NCBI GenBank assembly: GCA_963678265.1
Contig: OY782761.1
Coordinates: 2,490,714-2,554,713 of the forward strand
Reading direction: 5' to 3'
Source of the DNA: an uncultured Microbacter sp.
Lineage (GTDB): Bacteria; Bacteroidota; Bacteroidia; Bacteroidales; Paludibacteraceae
DNA length: 64,000 nucleotides
Shown: piece by piece, positions 20,196 to 29,435 of the stretch
How the letters are laid out: every line of letters begins with the position of its first letter
Numbering within the stretch: position 1 is the first letter of the stretch
Position numbers and translations under genes: made by a program
Notes under the pieces: model-generated
The model's input: only the letters and a program-made list of their open reading frames with translations
What the model was told of the DNA's origin: nothing
Database searches by the model: none

Positions 20196-20515
20196 TGTTG
20201 CAAGTTGTCGCGCGTCAGAAGTACATTGCAGAGACGCGATGGTATGTTTTTAAGACGTGAAAGCATTCTTCGTAGACGTAAAGGTATATCGTCGAATATG
20301 TCATTGCAAATTGTTGCGCGACTAAAGTATATTGTGGAGACGCGATTTCATCGTTCCGAGATGCGAAAGTATTTTTCGTAGCCGTCAAAATATATTGTCG
20401 AGTGGTCGTTACATGTTATCGAGCGGCAGAGGTATATTGTAGAGATGCGATTTCATTGTTCCGAGACGCAAGAGTATTTTTCGTAGCAATCAAAATATAT
20501 TGTCGGGCATCTATC
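20196..20515. repeat. degenerate tandem repeat, 3 x ~105 bp
   Basis: The anchor gtaYattgYRgagaYgcgat recurs at 20221, 20326 and 20431 (period 105). Each unit ends in attYttcgtagNNNt...atatNgtcg. Confidence 0.75.
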
Positions 20516-20523
20516 CATAGTTT

Positions 20524-20572
20524 AAAAAGCAGAAAGCGCTTTGTCGGTCTGACAAAGCGCTTTCTGTTTTTT
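20524..20572. terminator. bidirectional Rho-independent terminator
   Basis: 16-bp stem cagaaagcgctttgtc/gacaaagcgctttctg, preceded by AAAAA and followed by TTTTTT. It abuts the IS target site. Confidence 0.8.
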
Positions 20573-20581
20573 AGCAACGTA

Positions 20582-21894
20582 GGGTCTATTCAATAAACTG
20601 TGTCAGGGAAAGGAGTAAAATTATAACTTTACTAACACTTAACACAGCAGGATGGATAATCAAGAAAAATTTGACTACAAGTCATTTGAGGCAGAAGCAA
20701 TAGAGCGTTTGAAACAGGGAGAAAGCCTTTCCGGAGAAAATGGAGTATTAGCTCCTTTGTTGAAACGACTGTTGGAAGCAGGTTTGCAAGGAGAAATTGC
20801 CAGTCATTTATCAGAGGCCAATGGTGCCAACAGAAGAAATGGAATAAGCAGCAAACAGGTCAAGACAGACTATGGAACTATCCAGGTAAATACTCCGCGT
20901 GATCGTAATGGAAGTTTTGATCCTACGTTATTAGCCAAGCGTCAGACAACGCTTGGAGATGGGATTGATCATAAAATCATCAGTCTATATGCTCTGGGAA
21001 TGAGCTATACAGATATCTGTGACCATTTGAGTGAGATGTATCAGATGAATATTTCTCCGGCAACCATAACGTCTATTACGGACAAAATAGTGCCAGAAAT
21101 AGAACAATGGCAGACTCGTCCTCTGGAGAGTGTATACCCCATTGTTTGGATGGATGCCATTCATTACAAGGTTCGTGAAGATAATGCCATCAAAAGCAAG
21201 GCAGTTTATTGCTTAATAGGTATCAATCGCGAAGGAATCAAAGATTTATTGGGCATGTATATCGGTCAGTCCGAGAGTGCTGCTTTTTGGCTATCTGTTC
21301 TCAATGATATACATCGTCGAGGGGTTCAGGATATATTGATCGCTTGTATTGACAACCTAAAAGGGTTCTCTCAGGCAATTGAAGCTGTTTTTCCACAAGC
21401 AAGGGTTCAGCTTTGTATTGTCCATCAAATAAGAAACTCGCTCAAATATGTTCCTTACAAAGATCGCAAAGCTGTAGTTGCTTCGTTGAAAGAGATTTAT
21501 CAAGCAAACGATAAAAAACAAGCAGAAAAGGCTTTGGCTAAGTTTGATGAACAATGGTCTGCTAAATATCCATATATCATTAAGTCTTGGCTTGAAAACT
21601 GGGATAAACTGTCTCAAATGTTTGAGTTTCCTGATATGATAAGAAAGATAATTTACACAACCAATATCATTGAAAGCTTTAATAGTCAGCTACGAAAGGT
21701 CACTAAATCAAAACGTGTTTTTACCAATGATCAAGCGCTTATGAAGTTGCTTTATCTGGTACAAACAAAATTATTTGAAAACGTAGGTCCTATAGCTGGA
21801 TGGAAGCAAATTATGGCCCAATTTATTATTATTTTTGAACATAGATGGAATATAGACTAATCTCTTTCCCTGACACAGTTTACTGAATAGACCT
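20582..21894 (+). mobile_element. IS256-family insertion sequence (1313 bp), apparently intact
   Basis: Terminal inverted repeats gggtctattcaataaactgtgtcagggaaag / (rc) aggtctattcagtaaactgtgtcagggaaag. The 8-bp direct repeat gcaacgta lies at 20574-20581 and 21895-21902. A single transposase ORF fills the element. Confidence 0.9.
20652..21860 (+). CDS. IS256-family (mutator-type) transposase
   Basis: 402 aa with typical family regions (VWMDAIHYKVRE, LIACIDNLKGF, QLCIVHQIRNSLKYV, IYTTNIIESFNSQLRKVTK). Confidence 0.9.
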   Translation: MDNQEKFDYKSFEAEAIERLKQGESLSGENGVLAPLLKRLLEAGLQGEIASHLSEANGANRRNGISSKQVKTDYGTIQVNTPRDRNGSFDPTLLAKRQTTLGDGIDHKIISLYALGMSYTDICDHLSEMYQMNISPATITSITDKIVPEIEQWQTRPLESVYPIVWMDAIHYKVREDNAIKSKAVYCLIGINREGIKDLLGMYIGQSESAAFWLSVLNDIHRRGVQDILIACIDNLKGFSQAIEAVFPQARVQLCIVHQIRNSLKYVPYKDRKAVVASLKEIYQANDKKQAEKALAKFDEQWSAKYPYIIKSWLENWDKLSQMFEFPDMIRKIIYTTNIIESFNSQLRKVTKSKRVFTNDQALMKLLYLVQTKLFENVGPIAGWKQIMAQFIIIFEHRWNID

Positions 21895-21904
21895 GCAACG
21901 TATG

Positions 21905-22336
21905 TTATGCCTCGGTAGCTTTTTCTTCTTCCTTTTCTTCGGCAGCTGTTTCTGAAAATTCAGTCAGTCCGTTATCTACCAAAAGATTGTACCAGATGAT
22001 AATTTTTTTAATGTCAGAGGTGTGTACCCGTTCTTTATCGAAATCGGGAACCACTTCGCCAAAATAGGCACGTAAGGCATTGCCGTCGGCTTTCGGATCG
22101 ATAGATGCCTTATTCCCGGCCTCTTTCTCTTTTATGTTGGCAAAAACAGCGCCGAGCGGCATCTCTTCCGTTTCTGTATAAATGGAAATATCGCCCAATG
22201 AAACCACCCGATCGTGAGCCAGCGCCGGACATCTTTTTTTGTCGACCAACGATTCTATAATCATCATGTTTTTTCCTTGAGAAATCAGTTTGAACAGACC
22301 CGGTTTTCCAGATACAGATAAAATCTTCTTAAGCAT
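21905..22336 (-). CDS. DUF5606 domain protein
   Basis: N-terminus MLKKILSVSGKPGLFKLISQGKNMMIIESL and an acidic C-terminal tail. The family call is from memory. Confidence 0.55.
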   Translation of the reverse strand: MLKKILSVSGKPGLFKLISQGKNMMIIESLVDKKRCPALAHDRVVSLGDISIYTETEEMPLGAVFANIKEKEAGNKASIDPKADGNALRAYFGEVVPDFDKERVHTSDIKKIIIWYNLLVDNGLTEFSETAAEEKEEEKATEA

Positions 22337-22521
22337 AATCAATAGTTTAATAGTAAAATGACAGGGCTAACGCTTGTTCCCAATTGTCATTCGGTTATAA
22401 TTCAAGAGAGTTAACATTTAAAGCGCGACAAAAATAGTGCTTTCCTTTTGTATCAACAAGCAATCGGGCGGTTTCGTTGGCCCGGACAAGCTTTTTTAGC
22501 GTTTCAAAAAAACACTGACAG

Positions 22522-25500
22522 TTAACGGGGTAACCATTTTGTCGACTCTTCGGTGGTAATATCCCGCTGTGCAGCGTAATGTTTTCGTTGTTCATCGTCA
22601 ATCTTTCCGATCATAAAATAGCTCGATTGCGGATGTGCAAAGAGCAGACCGCAAACCGATGCGTTGGGTTTCATGGCTCCGTTTTCGGTAAGCGAAATGC
22701 CGATTTCGGAGAGATTCAACAGTTTGTTGAGGTCGAAGATCAATGAAAGATCGGGCAGGGAAGGGTAGCCTACCGCCGGACGAATGCCCTGGTAATGCTC
22801 TTTCAAAATCTCTTCTTTGCTCAACGCCTCATTTTCGGCATATCCCCAGAAATGACAACGAACCTGCAAGTGCAACCACTCGGCAGCTGCTTCGGCGATA
22901 CGGTCGGAGATGGACTGAATCAACAGTGCGGAGTAATCGTCATTTTGTGCGGCATACTCTTTGGCAATCTCTTCGGCTCCGGCAACCGATGTGGCAAAAG
23001 CGCCGAGATAGTCGGTGCGGTTTTCCTTTTCGGGCAGCAGAAAATCGGCCAGCGAGAGATTATTTCCGTCCGGTTTTACCGCTTGCTGACGCAACACCGG
23101 TAGAACGGTTGTCTCTCCATTATTGTGTACGACCAACGCGTCGCGGTTGTCGGTTGCGTTGGCTTCGTAGAACGATAGTACGGACTTTGCAACCACCCCT
23201 TTCGTGTTGAGCATGTTGAGCAGACGGGTAGCGTCGCGGAACAGTTTCAGCGCTTCGCGGGCCTTCTCCTGCTCTTCGGCAGGAAAACTATTGATCCACG
23301 ATTGTTCGCACGAAGGGCATTCGTGAATGTTTTCGATGCCGGGATAGCTGCCGGTGATGCGCCATGCCTTGAAGAAGAAACGCCAGTCGATGTAAGGAAA
23401 CAGCGTGTCGATGGAGATATCGAGCGTTTGGCGGTCGAATTGCGCCGGACGCAGCGGTGTGAAATTGCTCCAGTCGATATTGAGCGCGTTTTTCTTTGCT
23501 TCGGTTAACGGCAGTACCGGTGTTTTGACCTCTTTGGTAACCATCCGCTCCTGTTCGTCGCGGATAAAGGCGGCAAATTCGGCATAGGTTTGTTTGTTTA
23601 CTAATTTACCGAGGTACGAGACTCCCTGCGAAGCATCGCGCGAGTAGACCACCACGTTGTTGGTGTAGTTGGGAGCTATCTTTACGGCCGTATGTATTTT
23701 CGATGTGGTGGCGCCACCGATCATCAACGGAATGCTGAGACCCGCTTTTTGCATGGCAGCGGCTACGTGACACATCTCTTCCAGCGAAGGTGTTATCAAT
23801 CCGCTGAGACCGATCACATCCGCTTTTTCGTCGATTGCCGCCTGAATGATGCGTTCGGTGGGTACCATCACGCCCAGATCAACCACCTCGAAATTGTTGC
23901 AGGCCATGATTACACCTACAATGTTTTTACCGATGTCGTGCACATCGCCTTTTACCGTTGCCAGTACTATCTTGCCTGCTTTCTGAACTACTTGGCCGCT
24001 TTGATGCGCCTCGATGTGCGGCTGCAAAATGGCGACTGCCTGTTTCATGGTGCGGGCTGTCTTTACCACCTGCGGCAAAAACATTTTGCCCTGTCCGAAT
24101 AGATCGCCCACAGTGTTCATGCCATCCATCAGCGGTTCTTCTATGATGGTCAACGGATTTTCGTAAACGGTTAACGCTTCAGCCAAATCCTCTTCGAGGT
24201 GTTGACCGATGCCTTTGATCAGGCAGTAGGAGAGCCGTTCCTGCAATGAGCGGGTGCGCCATTCGTCCTCTTTCTTTTCGATGGTTTCGTTGTTGCTGTC
24301 GGCTTTGATCTTCTCGGCCAGCTCGATCAGTCGTTCGGTAGAGTCGGGTCTGCGGTCGAAGATCACATCGTCCACCCGTTCGAGCAACTCTTTATCGATC
24401 GATTCGTACACCTGCAACATGCCGGCGTTGACGATCCCCATGTCCATTCCGGCCTGGATAGCATAATAGAGGAACACCGAGTGCATCGCTTCACGCACCA
24501 TATTGTTACCGCGGAACGAGAAGGAGAGATTGCTCACTCCGCCACTCACTTTGGCATAGGGTAGATTTTGTTTGATCCATTCGGTAGTGCGGATAAAATC
24601 GATGGCATAGCGGTTGTGCTCTTCGATGCCGGTGGCAATAGCCAGTATGTTCGGGTCGAAGATGATGTCCTGAGGTGGAAAACCAGCCTTTTGGGTTAAC
24701 AAATCGTAGGCGCGTTTACAGATTTCGATGCGGCGTTCGAAAGTGTCGGCCTGACCCTTTTCGTCGAAGGCCATCACAACGGTAGCGGCTCCGTATTGAC
24801 GAATGGTGCGGGCATGATCCAGAAAGATATCTTCTCCCTCTTTCAGACTGATGGAGTTGACCACCGCTTTGCCTTGCAGACAGTGCAACCCGGCTTCAAT
24901 CACCTCCCATTTCGAGGAGTCGATCATGATGGGCAGCTTGGCCGCGTCCGGTTCCGACATCAGGTAGTTGAGAAACGTCACCATCTCCTCTTTGGCTTCG
25001 AGCATGGCATCGTCTATATTTACGTCGATGATTTGCGCGCCATCTTCCACCTGTTGGCGGGCAATGCTAACCGCCTCTTCGTATTTCTTCTCGGCAATCA
25101 ACCGCAAAAACTTGCGCGATCCGGCCACGTTGCATCGTTCCCCGATGTTGACGAAGAGGGAGCGAGTCGCTGATTCTGTAGCGTCTGACCTCTCCCCCTG
25201 CCCCCTCTCCCGAGGAGAGGGGATAATCTGGGTTGGAGACGCGTCGACCTCTCCTGTTCCCTCTCCCGAGGAGAGGGAATAGTCTGCCTGCTTCGGAGGA
25301 GTTGATTTATTTGAAAGAAACTCTTTTATTTCGTTTATAACCTGATCTGTGTCCTCTGTTACCTGCTTGTTGGAAAATCGGATCACATCAAATCCCTGAG
25401 TTTTGAGTATTCGGGTACGTTCTTGATCCCGGGCCTGATTTTCGGGAGAAAGATGAATGTTGCCATCTACCTCAATGACGACGCGTTTTTCGATACAAAC

Positions 25501-26802
25501 AAAATCGGCAATGTAGCCGTCGACAACCTGTTGCCGTTTTATTTTGAATTCGATATTTTTTCTTCTTAAGGCCTCCCACAGCAAAGCTTCCGCTTCCGTT
25601 GGATTTTTACGCATCTCTTTGGCAATCGGTTGAAGCAGTTTCCAGCTGTCGGCTGATGTGGTGTAATAACCTGGTTGAGAGTGACGGCTTGTTTCTGTAG
25701 TGTCGGAGGTTGTTCCCCTCTCCTCGGGAGAGGGGTTAGGGGAGAGGTCGGACGGTGCAAGCGACACAATCTCTAACAGTTCCAGACCACTCAGCATAAG
25801 ATTGGTTGATTCAACAGCCGGTCTCCGTACCTTTTTGCCTTCCACCAGTGCATAATATTTTGCAATGTGATCGGGGGTCGTGCCGCAGCAGCCACCGATA
25901 ATATTTACCAATCCTTCGTTGAGGTATTCTTCGATCTGCGTGGCCATCATCTCCGGCGTCTCGTCGTAAGCGCCGAAACGGTTGGGGAGTCCGGCATTGG
26001 GGTGCGCACTTACGTACCAGGGCGCAAAAGCAGACAACTCTTCGAGGTACGGTTTCAGGTCGCGGGCACCGAACGAGCAGTTGAGCCCTACCGAAAGCAG
26101 GTTGGCATGAGAGATGGAGGCCAGAAAAGCGCGGATGGTCTGTCCCGAAAGGGTACGCCCGCTCTTGTCGGCTATGGTTGCCGAAAGCATCAGCGCCGCT
26201 TTGATACCGGTCTTTTCCATTGCGAGGTTCGCGGCACGAATAGCGGCTTTGGCATTGAGCGTATCGAAAATGGTTTCGATAAAAATGGCATCCACGCCAC
26301 CTTCGAGCAGTGTTTCTATCTGTTCCTGATAGGCAACCGTCAGGTCGTCGAAGGTTACGCTACGAAAAGCGGGATTGTTCACATCGGGCGAAAGGGAGGC
26401 GGTTTTATTCGTCGGTCCAACCGAACCGGCCACAAAACGGGGCTTGTCGGGATTCTGTGCCGTAAACTCATCGGCCAGACGGCGCGCCAGTTTGGCACCT
26501 TCCCGGTTGATGGTGCGTACCTGCGTTTCCATACCGTAGTCGGCCATCGAGATAGCCTGCGCGTTGAAGGTATTGGTCTCGATGATGTCGGCACCGGCTT
26601 CCAGGTATTGACGATGTATTGCCGAAATGATATCCGGTTGCGAGAGGCAGAGCAGGTCGTTGTTTCCCTTTTGCGGAATGGCAACGCCGGCAAAAAGCGC
26701 TCCCCGGTACTGTTCTTCGGTAAGTTTATAGCGTTGAATCATCGTTCCCATTGCTCCATCGAGAATGAGGATGCGATTCTGTAGTACATCTTTCAATTGC
26801 AT
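22522..26802 (-). CDS. metH: cobalamin-dependent methionine synthase MetH carrying a 201-aa in-frame insertion
   Basis: All four modules are present: Hcy S-methyltransferase ([11 protein letters not shown]), pterin-binding ([16 protein letters not shown]), B12-binding ([11 protein letters not shown]) and AdoMet activation ([13 protein letters not shown]). The ORF is 1426 aa, against about 1227 aa for E. coli MetH. Confidence 0.9.
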   Translation of the reverse strand: MQLKDVLQNRILILDGAMGTMIQRYKLTEEQYRGALFAGVAIPQKGNNDLLCLSQPDIISAIHRQYLEAGADIIETNTFNAQAISMADYGMETQVRTINREGAKLARRLADEFTAQNPDKPRFVAGSVGPTNKTASLSPDVNNPAFRSVTFDDLTVAYQEQIETLLEGGVDAIFIETIFDTLNAKAAIRAANLAMEKTGIKAALMLSATIADKSGRTLSGQTIRAFLASISHANLLSVGLNCSFGARDLKPYLEELSAFAPWYVSAHPNAGLPNRFGAYDETPEMMATQIEEYLNEGLVNIIGGCCGTTPDHIAKYYALVEGKKVRRPAVESTNLMLSGLELLEIVSLAPSDLSPNPSPEERGTTSDTTETSRHSQPGYYTTSADSWKLLQPIAKEMRKNPTEAEALLWEALRRKNIEFKIKRQQVVDGYIADFVCIEKRVVIEVDGNIHLSPENQARDQERTRILKTQGFDVIRFSNKQVTEDTDQVINEIKEFLSNKSTPPKQADYSLSSGEGTGEVDASPTQIIPSPRERGQGERSDATESATRSLFVNIGERCNVAGSRKFLRLIAEKKYEEAVSIARQQVEDGAQIIDVNIDDAMLEAKEEMVTFLNYLMSEPDAAKLPIMIDSSKWEVIEAGLHCLQGKAVVNSISLKEGEDIFLDHARTIRQYGAATVVMAFDEKGQADTFERRIEICKRAYDLLTQKAGFPPQDIIFDPNILAIATGIEEHNRYAIDFIRTTEWIKQNLPYAKVSGGVSNLSFSFRGNNMVREAMHSVFLYYAIQAGMDMGIVNAGMLQVYESIDKELLERVDDVIFDRRPDSTERLIELAEKIKADSNNETIEKKEDEWRTRSLQERLSYCLIKGIGQHLEEDLAEALTVYENPLTIIEEPLMDGMNTVGDLFGQGKMFLPQVVKTARTMKQAVAILQPHIEAHQSGQVVQKAGKIVLATVKGDVHDIGKNIVGVIMACNNFEVVDLGVMVPTERIIQAAIDEKADVIGLSGLITPSLEEMCHVAAAMQKAGLSIPLMIGGATTSKIHTAVKIAPNYTNNVVVYSRDASQGVSYLGKLVNKQTYAEFAAFIRDEQERMVTKEVKTPVLPLTEAKKNALNIDWSNFTPLRPAQFDRQTLDISIDTLFPYIDWRFFFKAWRITGSYPGIENIHECPSCEQSWINSFPAEEQEKAREALKLFRDATRLLNMLNTKGVVAKSVLSFYEANATDNRDALVVHNNGETTVLPVLRQQAVKPDGNNLSLADFLLPEKENRTDYLGAFATSVAGAEEIAKEYAAQNDDYSALLIQSISDRIAEAAAEWLHLQVRCHFWGYAENEALSKEEILKEHYQGIRPAVGYPSLPDLSLIFDLNKLLNLSEIGISLTENGAMKPNASVCGLLFAHPQSSYFMIGKIDDEQRKHYAAQRDITTEESTKWLPR
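25187..25222. repeat. GC-rich hairpin repeat, copy A (gacctctcccc-N-ccctctcc cgag gagagggg)
   Basis: It is the reverse complement of copy C apart from the short spacer. It contains an internal 9-bp palindrome. Confidence 0.85.
25246..25277. repeat. GC-rich hairpin repeat, copy B (direct duplicate of A)
   Basis: Sequence gacctctcctgttccctctcccgaggagaggg, 24 nt after copy A. Confidence 0.8.
25715..25749. repeat. GC-rich hairpin repeat, copy C (inverted relative to A and B)
   Basis: Sequence cccctctcctcgggagaggggttaggggagaggtc. Confidence 0.85.
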
Positions 26803-26831
26803 GAATTTATTGTTTAATGTTTAGTGTGTAA

Positions 26832-26936
26832 GACCTCTCTTTCCGTCCTCTCCAAAAGGGAGGAAGCTGATTCTTGACTCTTTACTCTTTGTTTGCAGAT
26901 TGCCCCTCTCTCCGGGAGAGGGGTTGGGGAGAGGTC
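26832..26936. repeat. miniature inverted pair of the same hairpin repeat, without a nuclease gene
   Basis: A degenerate A-type copy (gacctctctttccgtcctctccaaaagggagga, 26832-26863) and a C-type copy (cccctctctccgggagaggggttggggagaggtc, 26903-26936) are separated by about 40 nt. The pair spans the pnuC stop codon. Confidence 0.6.
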
Positions 26937-27583
26937 ACATTCTCAAATCCGGTTCGGTACAATTTTATCCAGTTTATCAATCCGTAAACGGCCATCAGGG
27001 TGAAAATCAGATATTCGAGCGAAAAGAACTGAATGCCTTTCAGCCAGTACATAACAGTACAAATAATATCTACAACGATCCATAATATCCACGTCTCCAC
27101 TTTGCGTTGCGCCATCATCCAGTTAGCCAGAATGCTGAGTACTGCTACGAAGGTGTCGGGGTAGGGAAACGCGGCCTCCGTAGGAAACAAATTTGGAAAA
27201 ATCTGATGAATATGGCTCATAAAATAGCCTATTCCGGCGGTACCTATTACAACAAGTATAGCATGTATAATTCGTCCTCTTCGTGTAAGAAGTGTTATCG
27301 GAGTCTGTGTCTCTGTTTTGATTCCGTGCCAGTAGATCCATCCGTATATTGCCGTTGCGGCGTAATATAGTTGAAGAAACATGTCACTATAAAGACTTGT
27401 CTGGTAGAAAACAAAAAAAGAGAAAACGATTCCTATTATTCCGACCGGCCATGTCCATATATTAGATCGCGTTTCTAAAATGACGGCGACAATGCCGGTT
27501 ACGGTTCCGAGCAGCTCCACCAAGCTCATTTTATATCCTAAAATTTCGGCTATTGTGTAATTAATGCTTAAAAAATCAGTCAT
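26882..27583 (-). CDS. pnuC: PnuC-family nicotinamide riboside (vitamin) transporter
   Basis: 233 aa with about 7 TM helices and PnuC W-rich motifs (NIWTWPVGIIG, YGWIYW, WILWIVVD, GLINW). The last ~18 aa (VTSPQPLSRREGQSANKE) are encoded by the hairpin repeat. Confidence 0.8.
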   Translation of the reverse strand: MTDFLSINYTIAEILGYKMSLVELLGTVTGIVAVILETRSNIWTWPVGIIGIVFSFFVFYQTSLYSDMFLQLYYAATAIYGWIYWHGIKTETQTPITLLTRRGRIIHAILVVIGTAGIGYFMSHIHQIFPNLFPTEAAFPYPDTFVAVLSILANWMMAQRKVETWILWIVVDIICTVMYWLKGIQFFSLEYLIFTLMAVYGLINWIKLYRTGFENVTSPQPLSRREGQSANKE

Positions 27584-27776
27584 TTAAATGGTGTTGCAAT
27601 CGGAGTTTACGGGCCTTCTTTCTGTATGCAAAAGTACAACACTACCGCCGTAATTACAAACAGGGTAGCCGGGCCAAGCGGCACCCTTGTGCCTACCTGT
27701 TGAAACTGTACCTAAAACAACTTTACACGGCACCAAAATAACTTTAAAACGCATCTGTTATATCCAAACATTTTTG

Positions 27777-27784
27777 TACATTTG
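27777..27784 (+). promoter_or_regulatory. -7 box (TAnnTTTG) for purH
   Basis: tacatttg lies 22 nt upstream of the ATG at 27806. Confidence 0.5.
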
Positions 27785-27805
27785 CAAGCATTAAAAATTC
27801 AACCG

Positions 27806-29329
27806 ATGAGCGAAAGAAAATCCATTAAAACAGCCTTTGTATCAGTTTATCACAAAGACAAGCTCGATGTCATCATCCGTGAATTACATGCACAGGGTGT
27901 AGCATTTATCTCCACCGGAGGTACACAAACCTTTATCGAATCTCTGGGGATTCCCTGCGAAGCAGTCGAAAATCTGACTGGTTACCCCTCTATTTTCGGT
28001 GGTCGTGTAAAAACATTACACCCGAAAGTGTTCGGCGGTATTCTTTATCGTCGCGACGAAACCGGCGATTTGGATCAGGTGGCTCAGTACGACATTCCGA
28101 CCATCGATTTGGTAATTGTCGATTTGTATCCTTTCGCTCAAACGGTGGCTTCGGGAGCTCCCGAACAGGATATTATCGAAAAGATAGATATAGGTGGTAT
28201 TTCGCTTATCCGTGCCGCTGCTAAAAACTTCAACGACGTGATTATTGTTGCTTCGCAGGCACAATATCAGCCGCTGTTGGACGTTATTACAGAGAACGGT
28301 GCTTCTACCACGCTGAAAGAACGTAAATTCTTCGCCAAAGAGGCTTTTGCCGTCTCTTCGGGTTACGATAGCGCTATTTTTAACTATTTCGATGCAAACG
28401 ACGGGAGCTATTTTCGCGCTGCCGACGATAATGCCAAGGTGTTGCGCTACGGTGAAAACCCGCACCAGAAGGGGGTCTTTTACGGCGATTTCAATGCCAT
28501 GTTCGAACAGTTGCAGGGGAAAGAAATTTCGTACAACAACCTGCTCGATATCGATGCTGCAGTCAACCTGATAAACGATTTCGAAGATGTTACGTTTGCC
28601 ATTCTCAAGCACAACAACGCCTGCGGTATCGCTTCGCGTCCTGCTGTGACCGATGCATGGAAAGCTGCTCTCGAAAGTGATCCTGTTTCTGCTTTCGGTG
28701 GCGTTTTGGTAACCAATGCCGTAATTGATAAGGCTACTGCCGAAGAGATTAACAAGATTTTCTTTGAAGTAATTATTGCTCCCGATTACGATGTGGATGC
28801 GCTCGAAATTCTTACACAGAAGAAAAACCGTATCATTCTCGTTCAGAAAGAGGCCAAACTGCCGGTTAAGCAGTCGCGCACGGTGCTGAACGGTGTGTTG
28901 GTACAGGATAAAGATACGAAGATCGAAACGGAAGCCGACCTGAAGGTGGTGACGAAAAAAACACCTACATCAGCCGAAGTGGAAGACCTTCTGTTTGCCA
29001 ATAAAGTGGTGAAACACTCCAAATCGAACTCTATTGTGCTTGCCAAAAACAAACAGTTGTGTGCAAGCGGCGTGGGGCAGACTTCGCGTGTGGATGCACT
29101 GAATCAGGCAGTGGAAAAGGCACAGAATTTCAAAATGGAGTTGCAGGGTGCAGTGATGGCATCGGATGCTTTCTTCCCCTTCTCCGATTGTGTGCAGATT
29201 GCCCACGAAGCAGGTATTACTGCCGTGATTCATCCGGGTGGTTCCATCCGCGATAATGAATCGGTAGAGGCGTGTGATGCAAACGGTCAGTCGATGGTAA
29301 TGACCGGGTTCCGTCACTTCAAACATTGA
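27806..29329 (+). CDS. purH: bifunctional AICAR transformylase / IMP cyclohydrolase
   Basis: N-terminal MGS-like domain (ALVSVYHKD-like: AFVSVYHKDKL, STGGT). C-terminal AICARFT region (ILKHNNACGIA, GGSIRD, TGFRHFKH). Confidence 0.95.
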   Translation: MSERKSIKTAFVSVYHKDKLDVIIRELHAQGVAFISTGGTQTFIESLGIPCEAVENLTGYPSIFGGRVKTLHPKVFGGILYRRDETGDLDQVAQYDIPTIDLVIVDLYPFAQTVASGAPEQDIIEKIDIGGISLIRAAAKNFNDVIIVASQAQYQPLLDVITENGASTTLKERKFFAKEAFAVSSGYDSAIFNYFDANDGSYFRAADDNAKVLRYGENPHQKGVFYGDFNAMFEQLQGKEISYNNLLDIDAAVNLINDFEDVTFAILKHNNACGIASRPAVTDAWKAALESDPVSAFGGVLVTNAVIDKATAEEINKIFFEVIIAPDYDVDALEILTQKKNRIILVQKEAKLPVKQSRTVLNGVLVQDKDTKIETEADLKVVTKKTPTSAEVEDLLFANKVVKHSKSNSIVLAKNKQLCASGVGQTSRVDALNQAVEKAQNFKMELQGAVMASDAFFPFSDCVQIAHEAGITAVIHPGGSIRDNESVEACDANGQSMVMTGFRHFKH

Positions 29330-29435
29330 TAAAAAGGACAAAGAGTAAAGAGTAAAGAGTAAAGAACAAAGACATGTGGTTGCTTTAGCTCTTTTCTCCG
29401 ACTAAAATAAAAATTCATTCATAACCAACTGAATA

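Larger units (their letters stand above)
25162..25764 (-). mobile_element. in-frame DUF559 / Vsr-like PD-(D/E)xK endonuclease cassette inside metH
   Basis: Core sequence [86 protein letters not shown]. It is bounded by inverted 35-36-nt hairpin repeats. Its length of 603 nt is 3 x 201. Confidence 0.7.

Noticed and set aside
22395-22601. 68-aa ORF between the DUF5606 gene and metH.
   Set aside because: It overlaps the metH 3' end out of frame and has no motifs. It is probably intergenic or promoter sequence for the DUF5606 gene.
25162-25764. Intein in metH.
   Set aside because: No intein blocks are present. There is no C-terminal His-Asn followed by Cys/Ser/Thr at the downstream junction (it reads ...ESATR|SLFVN). 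There are no LAGLIDADG or HNH homing motifs. The domain present is DUF559/Vsr-like instead.
27584-27805. Riboswitch in the pnuC/purH divergent region (TPP or NAD-related for pnuC, ZTP/pfl for purH).
   Set aside because: I looked on both strands for the TPP core (CUGAGA ... ACCUGAUCUGGAUAAUGCCAGCG) and the ZTP core (GGGUCGUGACUGGCG ... CCGGGCGGA ... CCGCCUGGGCA). Only scattered short matches appeared, and in the wrong order. The purH -7 box is only 22 nt from the ATG, which leaves no room for a leader.
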